Part shown: positions 10,801 to 23,064 of the stretch, one piece after another
How the letters are laid out: every line of letters starts with the position of its first letter
How positions within the stretch are numbered: the stretch's first letter is position 1
DNA from: Klebsormidium nitens
Taxonomy: Eukaryota; Plantae; Klebsormidiophyceae
Assembly (NCBI GenBank): GCA_000708835.1
Contig: DF237153.1
Span: 31,227-95,226, forward strand
Direction of reading: 5' to 3'
Length of the DNA: 64,000 nucleotides
Program-made: the position numbers and the translations under genes
The notes under the pieces: generated by a model
Database searches by the model: none
The model's input: the letters and a program-made list of their open reading frames with translations, nothing else
What the model was told of the DNA's origin: nothing

Positions 10801-13800
10801 GGTGATGGCCTGCAGGTGGCACATAACAAAGAATTGTGCACCAGAATTTGCTCTGGGTGATGAGAGAACGACGACGCAAGCAGTCCAGCTGAAACTGGCT
10901 CGTCGTTTTGAAACTTTTGGATCGCAGGAGAAGAGAAGGATCGTGGTTGACAGGAGTGAGTTAAGCTCAGAAACAGGAAGAAACAAACGAACTCTTGGGC
11001 AAACATCTATTCGCAAGATGCCTGTTGAGAAAAGTCGCCTGATTGTACGTGCTACGGAAGCAGAAAATGGATACAAACATAATGAAAGATGTTGACTATC
11101 TTTGTCAGAGATTATCTCGAGCAACCAACTGCAAGTCCACCACATTCAGAAAACATTTGCACCATGAAACATACCTGTAACCCCTCGGGGTTTAGAATCT
11201 TGATGGCCGCCGGCGTGTGCTCCAGCCTGCCCAGGTAGACCTGCCCGAAGCCGCCCTCCCCCAGAAGCTTCGCCGGGCTGAAGCTTTCGGTGGCCGCCTC
11301 TAGTTCGCGGAACGAGTACGTGCGGTACTGCCGCTGCGCTTTCTGCCGCTCGAGCAGTTCCTGCAGGGTGCCGAGAACGAGTGCGGCTCAGCGGTATGTA
11401 CCGCAAATTCGAAGCAAAGCCGTCTAGAGGCATGGGTTGTAAGCTTCCTCATCAGGAAAGACTGCAGTCGGGTTTCGATTCAGGAGACGATGCTGGTGGC
11501 TGAGTTTCTCGTGCTTAGTCACCTCAGAGAATGAGTTGCGAATTGGGCTTCTGCTGAAAGGTGTCGATCTAAAATCAGGACGTATCTTCGATGAAAAAGT
11601 CCGATGAACCTAACGTTCCTTCTCAAACGTTGATAAAGAGTATCTGATGAAGGAATCCGACGACGATATCCAACGACACTGAAGTAGCACAGAGTCAGAC
11701 CTCCGAATCAACATTTGAATCCATGCACTTCAAAACCTCGAAACACCCTCTGGAACGGCTGTCTTGCTTTCTGCACTACTCACCTTGTAGTGCTCCGCCG
11801 CCTGCTGCCGCTCCGCGACCCGCTCCTGGCGTTCTCTCTCCGCCGCTTCTTGCGCCGCGCGCTCCTTGTTGCGCGCCTCCTGCTCCGCCCTGCGCGCGAG
11901 CGCGCTCTCCTGCTTCGCGAGCTCGCGCTCCTGGTGCGCGGCGAGCGCGCGCGCGCGCTCGGCCTCCGCAAGGCTGTTTGCCGACAGCGCGCGCGACTCG
12001 GCCTCGCGCAGCTGCCGCTCGTAGTCGGCCTGCTGGGCTTGTAGCCTGGAAAAGGCGAAAGCGCATGATTTGCGGTTTGTTTCGAAGCCCGACTAAAGGC
12101 ACGGCAAGGCAGAAAGCATTCTGGGCTTGCAGCTTGGAGACCGTCCAAGATTTCAGGTAGTTTTGTGTTCGTGTCGCAAAACGGAAAAAGGTGATCGAAA
12201 GCATGGCAACGCCGAAAGACCGCTGCGCGTGCAGCCTAAGGGACGCAATAGGCGGCTTTACTGTATTTGTAACGCGAGAAAAAGGAGGCACGCCAAAGGC
12301 GAACGGATATGACGGCCCAGGATCCTTCGAGAAAATCTGAGCACTCCGAAGGTCTGTTGTCAAGTGAGCCATTCGCTCCTGGACGAGGAGAGAGAGTTTT
12401 AGGACTGCAACTTTTCATTGGATCGGCTTTGACAGTGAGGAGCGGAATCTTTCCGACAAACGACTTGCAACATTCATTGCCTCAAGCGCCTTCCTTAGTT
12501 CCCGCTCACCTGGCTGTCGCTTCCTCCGACATTTTCAGCTTCCTTAGAACCTCCGCCAGCTCGCCGTTGTCAAAGCGCGCCTTCGCCGGTCCGTTGCTAG
12601 CCGGACTCTGCCCGCCCCTCTCTCTTTGTCGTTCCTCGTAAATTTGGAATTCAGGCTCGTCACCAGACAATTGCTGACCGTCGCTGTTCACCCAAACCTG
12701 AGGCCCGGTTGCCATGTCCGCACGCTCGAACCTGCTCCCGTTTTGCGGGCCGGCATGCCCGTTCGCGGACGTCCTTGGAGCTGGAAGAAAGCTACCCGAC
12801 TCTGTGATGATGTATCCGCTGTAAGACTGCGCGTATAAGTTCGGGGGTTGGAGGCCCCCCTGGGGAGACGGCCCGGGCTCGCTGTAAAGCGACCGGGGGC
12901 TGCTGCTCGGCTGGGAGTGAGGGCTTGGAATAGAACCCCAGGGGTGTGAATAGTCTCCGGGGGGAAGAACCGGGGCGCTGGGGATGGCTACTGCGGGGGT
13001 GGCCGGAGGGGTGTGTGGTACAGTGACGGTCTCGTTTCGGGGGAGTGGGGACAGGGGGATGGGAGGGAGTACTGGTGGGAGTACGGATGAGGGTGAGGCC
13101 GTTGGAGAAGGCGTGCTGCAGGGAAGGAACGTAGTCTGAGTTAGTATCTGTGTTGTGGTGGTTTCAGCTACTGTTAGAGCGGAGCGGCTAGGCCAACAAC
13201 CAATAAGCCAGGTCACTTGAAGTCTGTGATGTACAGGTGGCAGATCAACTTTCACAGACATACGGCCTTCGCAGTCTCGAACAATCAAACGTTCTGATTT
13301 GCAGAATGATAGTTACGGACTAGATTTCAGAAGACCCTAGCAACGGGCAACTGATTTTTCTAGATCCCTGCATCGTAGAAGAGTTAGCGACTGTGATACC
13401 CTAGCTGATCAAGCATGCGGTCTTACCTTGAGCTCGAACCATCACTTTGCGAGCCGTTGGCTGCTCCTGAACCTGCTGCACCCCTCTTTCCGTCATAGAT
13501 GTGAGAGGTTACCAGCTCCGCCCTGTTGTTGATGAGGTATACGCTGCAGCGAGCGTGCTTCGCCACCCGTGCAGTCAGGCTCTTCCCCTTCAGAAGGCTG
13601 GAATGATGAGCACAGCACTTCAGGTTCAATTCTCAAAAGTCGATCAAGCAAGAATCCTGGGCTCTCAAACTGAGGTTATGAACCTCTGCTCAACTGTCAC
13701 AAGATCCTTTGTCAGCTGGGACTCCTGAATAGATTCACGGAGTTCAGTTTCTTTGGATTTCGATCCGACGACCGCAGGCCCTTGATTGTTAGTTGCCTGG

Positions 13801-15463
13801 GGAGGTTCTGCTGCCTTGTTGTTGTAACCTCAGAATTGCAGGATTCAGGTCAACAAGAAGCATGGCAGCGAGTGCTGTCCACCTTCGTGACTTCAAACAA
13901 CAAAGTTGATGACAGGTTGAGAGAAGCCAGTTCATCACAGAACCAAAAAGCGCTCCCTCACGTGGTGAACTTGGACTTTGTGCTGCCAGTTCCCATTACG
14001 AGGTGCGTGGCCCCAGTCTCTTCCACCAGTGAAAGGATGCCCGACTCACGGTCATCGCACCAGCGAACCATGAAAGAAGCGGTTACCTGGGGTTGAGAAG
14101 AGGTTCATCTTCATGTCAATTTGAATGAAGTAGACAATTCTTAGAAGCTTAAACGCAAAGCCGTTTGAACACTCCCGAGAATGTTGATCAAAGAACAACA
14201 AAATAGCTCAAGAAGGCATGTTCCTGCCAAATGAAATTCTAAGCAACTTGTGCAGAAGCGGGATCCGACTGTTGCGTAGAGGGAGTGCTGATTTTAAGGG
14301 AGCGCTGATTCTGGTAGTTGGGGCTTGGTGGCTTAATTTTACATGCAGCTCTGCTTGAGGAGGCCTGTTGCAAACTTGACTTGTCGAACAAACAAGATGA
14401 AGGTGCCAACCTCCTACAGTCAGAGCAGTGTGAACAAAGTATTGTGTCACAGAACTGATGAAAAGACGAACACAGGGCATTAACCTTGCTGGTAAACTCT
14501 AAAACTCCTGTCCTTCTAATCATAGCCACAAGACAGAGACTGGACACTTTCAGATGCAAAGTGGGTTCTTCTTGCTTCCAAGCACTGAACCTTCATACGT
14601 CAAGCTCAGAGCTCAAGCTCCCCTTGGCTCAGAGAATTTGGTACCCGCCGCCAGCCTGAGCGGTTGACTTAGTGTCAACGAATTGTTGGCGCAACAAAGC
14701 CGAAGTTATGTTTGCTCATGAAGTTTCTATGGACCAACCCATGGGGATCAATGCAAAGGCAAGGAGCCTCACCTTCTTCTCCTTGCAGACCTCTTGGTAG
14801 TCCTTGAGGAAAATCCCTGCCTTCTCTGTGTCCACCTTCAGGTATGCATTTTGGAACTTGTCCTCCGCCCAAGCAAAAGGCACTCTTCCCACTGCATTTA
14901 AAGAAATGAATGTTCAGCATCCTTCAGTCAGCATTCTTCTGCATGCCCTTCTTTGGAGGACGTTCGGTCAGTACGCAGATGGAGGCCACCCACCCTCAGC
15001 TCGCTACATGCAAATTTATCTTGAAATTTTCGAGTTCATGGATCATTTCTGGTCAGAGCTTGCTTCAAAGAACTCAAAGCTATGAAGGCGACTGTAACTG
15101 ATGATGCCATTAGAGGAACACTGCGATTCAGCAAGGTCTCTTCTCAAAAGAGCCACTCTGATCATTGAGTTCAAAAGCAGACTCAACAGACTGAGTTCGA
15201 AAGCATTCAACAGACTGAGCTGAACAAACCCACACAGGCATCCACTTGGACCAGAGGCCTCCAGGGGGCTCTTAGGGGTGCTGTTCATACTTACTGGCAG
15301 TTGGAATGAGGTCTGGAAACTTCAGGACGTGGCCAAGAACCGCCTCATCTACACCGGGTTTTATGAAAGTAGTAATTGCCCAGTGCAGGGCCGCCTTGCA
15401 TTCAGTATCTTTGTTGTTCTTCAGGGCAACGAGGACCTTCTTGACTTCTTCAGGGGCAGCCAT
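7826..15463 (-). CDS. U-box domain Ser/Thr kinase with N-terminal USP-like (STK_N) domain and coiled coil (PUB33/RLCK-IX-like), ~932 aa
   Basis: 12 exons: 15463-15295, 14891-14773, 14086-13962, 13597-13427, 13187-12510, 12045-11784, 11360-11175, 10734-10534, 10208-9959, 9584-9394, 8953-8741, 8059-7826. All junctions are GT-AG and in frame. Motifs: [37 protein letters not shown], and U-box [24 protein letters not shown]...SPLTN...[10 protein letters not shown]. Confidence 0.93.
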
Positions 15464-16524
15464 GCTGGCTGGCTCCCAACTGCTCAACCCTGGTTTTCAA
15501 CAAACTCTGGCTAATTTTGCAGCATATGCTCTAGGAATCCTCTAGGAATGTGTCTCAGCCTCTCTGCCCCAGCAATGTGCAGACAGGAATGACCTCAACA
15601 ACGACTTTGCACTAGACCTGAACAACTCGACAACAAATTTGACTTGCAGCGCTTGAATTCAGGGTTTGCTCGCCAGGACGAAGGCCCTGACCCTGACTAA
15701 ATTTCCAAAGGCCACCGATCACTCCGCAGTGCTGAATGGATTATTCCTTCAACCTCAAGGGATCGGCAATGATTTGGAGGAGGAAGGTACCGGTAATTCC
15801 AGATGAAACTTCTGCAAAGAAGCGCACCTGGGCTTCAGCTTCTGCCGCTGCTGCACTTTTGAAGGCAGCAAAGGTCAAACACACTGACACACTCCCTTTG
15901 TCAACGCAATGCAAGCTGCATTTTTGTGCATCTTGGCGTCATTCTCAGCTGTTCAAGAACTTGAAGATGATGAGCTCGCTGCGTGTCCTCGAGAGTGAGG
16001 GGGGTCCCCGTCCGACAAAAGGCAACTTTAGTGTGAAAACCCGTTTGCCACCTCTCTTCGCGCGTGGCACCGGTTATAGTCCCCGGGAGCTTACCCCGAG
16101 ATGATGCAAGCGCTCACAAAAGGGCCGGAGAATTACGCGGAGAGATTGGTCGGTTCCGGTGTGCCGGGCCCGACAGGTTGGGGGCTGGTGACGTGACTGG
16201 GGCTTCAAAGCACTTAGGAGCCAATCAAATGGCTCAGCTTGGAATCTTGAACAGAATCTTTGCATCTCATTGCCTGCTCCGCTGGTGGGAATACCCTACT
16301 GAAATCAAGAATCTCAAAGTACTCAAACTCGGAACTTCACAACTCTTGTCCAACGAAAGTCGTGGACAATCTACAAAGGAAAGCTCGTGAGTCGTGCCAT
16401 TGGCATGGGCCACACAGAAGTGGTGTCCTGTCGAGCGCACTCCTACCGGTAGTCCCAGTCCTGGCTCGTGGAGGAGAACGAGGTCTCAGCATTCGTGGCC
16501 TGTAGGGCAGAGCTTGTGCTGGTG

Positions 16525-19500
16525 ATGGAGAAATGGCTGGTGTATGCTGTTTTGATCATCAGCATGTGCGCTGTTCAAGCTCAGCAAACGATGACTATCC
16601 TCAAAGGAGGTGACGCCGCGGTTTCCGATTTTGATTTGATAGTTGATCTTTGTGGGGATGTAGGATTGAATGCTGAGAGCAGTGTGAATAAATCCTCAAC
16701 CTGAGACAGAGCACGCATTGCTGGTTCAGCAGAGCTTAGCCAGATTGCTGTGATCGGTCCTGTTCTGCTTCGGCAAGAAGTCAGTATCTGCAGTGCTTGC
16801 AGTCCGAACATTAGGGTTTGGAGACAAACTCATTCTCCGTGCTGAGCTGTTGCCTGAGGACCTTGAGTATACGGATTTCAAGAGAATTAAGAGGATTTCC
16901 TCTCCTTGCTGTGCAGGTCCCCTCACGTTTTCGGCAGGTCCGAACGAGCCCAAGTACGCAGTCAATTATGTTGACGAGGGGAACACAGAGATGGAGGGCG
17001 AGGAGGTGACGCAACCTTTCTTAACATCGTTCTCTTTGGCAATTGTGGACTTTGATCGTAAACGAGATGATCTGTAAAATGTTGTACGGTTCAGAGCTTG
17101 TGAACTGTCCTTGTTATCTGTTTGGCTGGGCAACGGGTCTGCACTCAGTAGGAAGCTTGTCGAAGCGCCGATATCAGAGCTCTCTGGGAATAGGCTTATC
17201 CTTGGGAGTAAGGAAGCTTTCGAGCAATTCTGCCTTTTTTGCTTCATCTGGAATGGCTGACCACTGATTTTTATTTCTTCTTCATCTCCCGCACCGCCCG
17301 TTCATATCTTATCTGATCTCTACCCGGTTTTTCCAAACTCTATAATCCAAACCCGCACATGCCCTGTACACTCGGATAGAGGCCCCAGCGAGCCGCATCT
17401 TCCTTTTCAAAAGTCCTGATGACCGGCCAGCTTTTGTGACTTTCAAGCTGCACATAGGGGAAGAGGAAAGGATCCCTCTCTCTCATCCGCTTGGAGCTAT
17501 TCCCGAAGCTGTAGCCTGCTCTTTGTTGGTATCTTCTGTTCTTCTGCCTTTTACCCAGAAACACTCATCATGGTGAGATTGAGACGATACTTCCAGGCAC
17601 ATGCATTTATGTTCAGCAAGAGAGGGGTGACGGCACATATACCCTCTTCCTCTCACAGACTCACACAAAGGTCGGAACGACCACTTCACATCAATTCTTC
17701 ACCCTCTTCTTTCGTGGTTTGCAGACCTCTCTCCAGAAGGTTGTGATGACTGACAAGGCTGGCAAGAAGTTTCTCTGCATGCTGCCTGAAGTTAAGGAGG
17801 ACGAAAGCGAGGGGCATAGCTATCCGTACGCACGAAGGAGCGAAATCAACGGCAGCACCGAAGGGGGGGAAGGGGGGCCACACAGGCAGCAGTCCCCAGG
17901 GGAGGTCCTGAAGGGTCATCGCAATGTGTGCTTCTACCTGGTGAGGGCAAGGGGGGCGTCGTGGACAGTCGAAATGTAATTCCGGTTCATGTTTCTTTGG
18001 ATTACTTTGACATCAAATCTGCTTCCTCTTGAAACGACTTCGAACTTTAAGCCCAATTGATGCTCCTACCTTTTATGAAGCTTTCGATTTCATGTGGGAC
18101 TCTGCTCTGCGACACTCCTTCGAGAACTCAGATGTGGCTCTGATGTACCTGTCAAAATTGCGAGAGGTTTGACGGCTTGGCCATTGAAACTAAGAGAATG
18201 GCTTTCCAAGGCCTAGTAAAACTGGAAGGTGGATGTCCATTTTTATATTGGTTTATATTGACTCGTTTGGTGAAAGGACACGCGCCCTTCCGGTATGTGT
18301 TGATTTCTGTTTGCAACACTGTAGCCTCACTTTGATCGGCAGCCTTTTCTTTAGCAGTCATGCCAGGTCAGCCCGCTCGTCTCCTCCTTTAGCTGTCCCA
18401 TTGCTCGACTCGAACGACACGAAAACACTGCACGTACCAGTTTACGGGATTTATGGCGGAACGGCAAGTTTATGGCAGGATTAAAATGGAATTGAGGGCG
18501 ATGATGCAGCGCCACAGTCTTGGTGCTTTCTCCTGCCATAGATCTCCATCTCTGACCGTTGGCCGAGTGTGGAGTCAAAGCACACTCGTTCAGCCGTTGC
18601 TCTATTCTTTGGCAGTAGTCTCGATTTTATGTTGAGTTACGGCTATGTTGAGTTAAGTCAGGCCCGGGGAACGGGTGGGGTTGTTTGGGGGGTTTAGGGT
18701 GGGTACGGGTGCGGAGCATGTTAACTTTGGGTTTCTGTTTTTAGTTTGTTTGTGCCCGGGGAACTGATTTTCAACATACACCTAAATCAACATAAAATCG
18801 AGACTTACTTTTTTGTCTCACAGATCGACGGCTGGTGGACGTACGAGTTCTGTTACCGGAAGCACGTTCGACAATTCCACAAAGAGGGGGACAAGGTGAG
18901 CATTCCAGGCCGTTCGAGGAAAGCGCACCGATGGGTTGAGAACCTGCAGTCACGCGTTGCGTTCTTGTTGTGGGGGCTTGACTCATTTCGGTGGTATTCG
19001 ACGGCTGGCCTTGTGCTTCAGTTTCAGCGAGCGTTTTGGATGGCTTCGCTGATAAGTCTATGATCTTTCCGCCTTTTAAGTTTTTAGACCCAATGTTTTG
19101 CGTGGGGAGTGATCCTTTGGATTCTTTCGACGTTGGCATGCTCTTGAAGCCTTCGTTCGATGCAAAAACTGCTTAGCTTTGGTTGTATCCACCGGTTCAT
19201 ATCCAATGTCGGGATGGGCTGTCTCATAAAAGTTTCATAATCAGCATCGATATGCAACGGCCGAGCCTGGATGTGCCCACGGAAAATGGAACTGATGATG
19301 GCACCGAGACATGCTGCATGTCTTTATTCGACCAAAGCCGAAAGCAACAAGAAGCTGGCATCGATGAAATCGCAAAATCCACAATAGTAGCTGAATTACT
19401 ACGCTGAGATCGCCATTAGTTCTAGTATCCGATCCCCGCAGGTGGTCGCAGACTTTTCTCTCGGGACGTTCGATTCGGACGCCACCGCGGCGCTCTCCGA

Positions 19501-20856
19501 CGGGTCCGAAGTCGGTTTCCAAAAAGAGCCGCAGTCGGCAGAGGCCGCGCTGCGCTACTACAGCCAGGTGTACACAAACGGCACGTCGTGCGACCTGACG
19601 GATCAGTTGCGCCAAACCGAGGTACGGATTGAATGAGTTGATATAGGGGTCATGGCCTCGGAAGACTAATCCTTCAATTTCTCTCCAATTAGATTTAGTA
19701 AGCTCCTCCTCTAACACCAAGGATATATTCCTAAGAACACCTTCTTCGCACCCGTACCCACCCTAAACCCCGAAGCTAAGCCTACCCGTCCCAGGCTGGT
19801 TGGCTTACTCTATCTGAAGTTTGGCCAAGCTTCGCTAGATTGAAGTCTTACTTGGATCCGAGGGAAGCTCTCAAAATGCTGACGACTGCTGAAGGAACTC
19901 AGGTCGCTCTCCACGCATAAATCCTTGCGCAGCATTCACTCCGGTCGGTGGTGCAAATTTTGCAACTCAACTTTCGCTCCGACAGATCCTTTTCACTTAC
20001 AACGGTCCTCAAAAGAACCCAGCTTAATGGGTACCTTCTGTGCAGGTCCGATTCTTCTGCTCGCCCGAGTCCCAGTCGTACTTGTCCGCAATCTTGGAGC
20101 CTGCCACATGTCGATACATCCTCAAATTCCACACGCCTCTGCTCTGCAAACACCCGTAAGTTGCGTCGTAACACCGCAGATGTTGAATTTCACGCTCGGC
20201 CAGAACCGGAAAGGTGCTGAACTTTCTTGTCGAGGGTACAATGAGGGCGAGGCTGCCCGGTAAAGGTTGTTCTGGTCTGAAACCTGCCTCTAGATTGGGC
20301 AGCACAGCACGGTCCTGTCCGCCACTCTCTAGAGACGAACTGGCAGTCCTGTTTCAGGAAAAGTCTTGCGTTACAAAGGGGAGTTAGGTTGCTGAGTCCG
20401 CTTGCGTGAACCCGACCGAGGGTGACTTCAAGGGCCTGGTTTTCTGGTTGCGGTGACATGTGCTTCTTCAGTGCTTGTAGAAATATAGTCCAAGGTGACC
20501 ACACATGGCCATACTTGTACCTGTAATCTCCCTGTGGTGATCATTTCATAAGAGGCCGTTTGACGACTGCCAGGGCTTACCAGTAGACCAATGAAGCTAG
20601 AGCGGATTAGACGGAATTTACCCCAGCTTTTGTGAGAGGGCCCGCTCGGCTTCCGTTCGATCAAGATGGCCCTGATCATGGTAAAGGCAGCCAATCGCTA
20701 GCTCTTTGGGCGCTGTGCAGGTTGTACAGGCAAGAGACACGGCCGTGGAGCACGATCCACTGCCGACCCCACGCGGAAGAAAGCGCCGACGGGGCCAGTG
20801 GGCAGTCATCGATGCAGAGAACAGACGAAACACGTGACCTTGTTGAGAAAACATAA
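16525..20856 (+). CDS. OS9: OS-9/Yos9 ER-associated degradation lectin (MRH domain), ~295 aa
   Basis: Exons 16525-16609, 16917-17005, 17725-17940, 18824-18895, 19442-19621, 20046-20155, 20721-20856, all in frame. Signal peptide MEKWLVYAVLIISMCAVQA. MRH motifs CFYLIDGWWTYEFCYRKHVRQFH, YTNGTSCDLT...TEVRFFC and EPATCRYILKFHTPLLCKHP. Confidence 0.93.
18645..18757 (+). mobile_element. Degenerate copy of the ~130-bp G-rich MITE-like element (OS9 intron 3)
   Basis: Core ggggtttagggtgggtacgggtgcggag and tail gtttttagtttgtttg are shared with the 62396-62527 copy. Confidence 0.7.
19692..19815 (-). mobile_element. Inverted copy of the ~130-bp MITE-like element (OS9 intron 5)
   Basis: Reverse complement agtaagccaaccagcctgggacgggtaggcttagcttcggggtttagggtgggtacgggtgcg matches ~62404-62463. 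TIR remnants tagtaagctc (19696) and gcttact (~19803). Confidence 0.75.
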
Positions 20857-23064
20857 TGCATTTTAGGCAATATTGAGTGAGCACGAGCATGAGCAATGTG
20901 GTCGATGGCTTCACATCATCAACTTTGCATGCACGTATCCCAGTCCTCAAGCACCGGCAGCTTTTTGATCCTATGATACGGTCCTGTCACGACGTTTTGA
21001 GAAGCTCAGTGTTCACACCATGCACGCGCCCGTGATCATCCAATGCATGGTACGTAACATTGGGCGGCAGCACTCGTGGCGCCGGGCGGCCTCCATAGTT
21101 GTGTATACATGCCATGTGCATGAGACGGCGGCGATCGGATCTCATTCACCAAGTAGCACCAAGTGATCATCACTAAGTCATGCATCTAGCTGGCATGCAG
21201 CCTGTTTACTAGCTGGCTACTAAAGCTATTGAGCATGGAGAGAATCCGGCCATGGCTTTAGCCGTGGCCGTGATCACTTGCATGTACGTGTGTACGTTGC
21301 TGAAGACTCATGCAGGTCATGACTGCGGGCCACCGCAATTATTATTTTAAGTACATGACAGAAGCCTGGAGTCGACATATAGCCAAGACACGTTCTCTAG
21401 CTGCATAAAATCGCGACGGACAGTTGGTGGCCATGGTGAGTTTCAATTGTACATCTTGTCGTTTGATCGCGACCTTTGCATGGTTGCTGTGCCTCTTCAT
21501 ATTGGTGGATATTGGACAATGTGATATATCCAGCCAGTGACTAGATGTCGGGCCTCTGCTAGCTTGCAGACCGGCCCCTTACATGAAGCATAATTACAGG
21601 CCTCAACACTCTTCTTCCACAGGGTTGACTGCTCCGCACGCGGATGATTCCGCCCCTTGATGAAAATTTCAGACGTGTTGCTTCTGCATCGATCTCCAAA
21701 GTGCACGCTCTTAATTCTATCCCTTCAATGGATCTTGTCAAGAAGTCGGGCTGTTTCCGTCGAAGCATGACTCGTACTCTCTATTGGTCTCGCAGGGTTA
21801 CATGATCCGGGCCTTCAAGTTGGCCAGTCTTCAAATGCAGGCTTTGCAGCCAGGGAGCACATCCCGCTGACTGTTCTACCCGCATAACAAAGGCATTTGA
21901 AGGTCTTATACAAAATTCTACCTATAGGTATACAGAGACAGAAATTAAGTTGACTGTTTGATGCCACTGGATCCCGACGAAGACGCATCCTGCTTCTTTA
22001 TCCCTTACCACTTGTATCCAGCTGCCGTTATAAAAGGCCGGCCGCGTCATGTTTCGTAAGTCTCAAGACTTCTCACGGAAGGCTACAGATCAACAAGCTA
22101 CCACCTTTGGGATTGGTGCTCCTATTATCTTTCGACCTGTTATGGCACTGCTCGTGGGCTCCAGGCCCTCCACAGCAGCCTGGAGCCGAGACCACAACCT
22201 CTCCAAATCCTCACCGTACCTCCGCCGCTATCCGGCTAGCCGCTTTGTCCCCTCTTTGTCAGTGCCCTGGATTCCGCTCCTTCTCAATAATCACCGTAGT
22301 AAAAAGAATAACAATGGATGCGAGCCCCAAGTTCTTGACGGGAATTTGCAGCGCGCGCTCGCACTCGCGTTGTGCTTTAGTCTCTCCTCCCCTCTTTCTT
22401 GACTCCCCCTTCCTGCGCCCGCCGACAGTTGACCGCTCGTCAGTCTTGTCGTCTGCAAGGGTGACCAGGCTCTCCTAATGTCCTGCGCATGCGCACCAGT
22501 TGAGGGTCTGCGTCCTTTATTGCGTTTAATGATTCGTCTGTGAACACGTGACATTTCTCGGACACAAGTGGCGTCCGGAGAGTCACGGGGTCCATCTGGC
22601 GAAGTTAAGATGTACGAGAAAGATCTTTGAGATGCGGTACGCTCAAAGAAAGCTTTAGATCCGGCCGAGCCAGCCCGCTACGGATCTCCGAATCTAGACT
22701 CCTGACCGTATGTTGGCTGCAAGCACACCAATCCGTCCAGTTTTCCATTTCCATCAGGCGCAACTCTTTTGGAGGTTGGTGGTTGCTTTGAGGACCACAA
22801 ATTCTCGAGCTCGGTATCTTCGGAACTTGTTTGGGTACGGCTTAGACTCTCTGGCAAAGAGTGGGGAACGCTTTGGGTGTCGGTTGTTGAGACTAAGGTC
22901 GTTTCTTGCCTCAAGAACCAAGATTGCGTCGAAGTGAGCAAACCGTGCACAAGCGACAGCGGACGGGGCAACGACATACAAGCCTGATCTTATCTTCCAA
23001 GACAAAATCGTAATAAATTCATAGCGAGAATCGACTCTTCGAAGTCAGTTACCTGTCTGTTAGG

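Noticed and set aside
11715-12372. Ala/Arg-rich ORFs on both strands
   Set aside because: They are alternative-frame or antisense shadows of the GC-rich coiled-coil exon 12045-11784.
15464-15487. Kinase A start at 15487 as in the ORF track
   Set aside because: That codon is TTG. ATG 15463 gives a 169-nt first exon identical in length to the paralog's.
22029-22480. TATAAAA followed by 117-123-aa ORFs
   Set aside because: Low-complexity peptides with no motif or splice support; a small gene cannot be excluded but is unsupported.
22680-23050. Remnant U-box exon of kinase B
   Set aside because: Only an 8-nt match (tggaagat) to paralog A's exon, which is compatible with chance.
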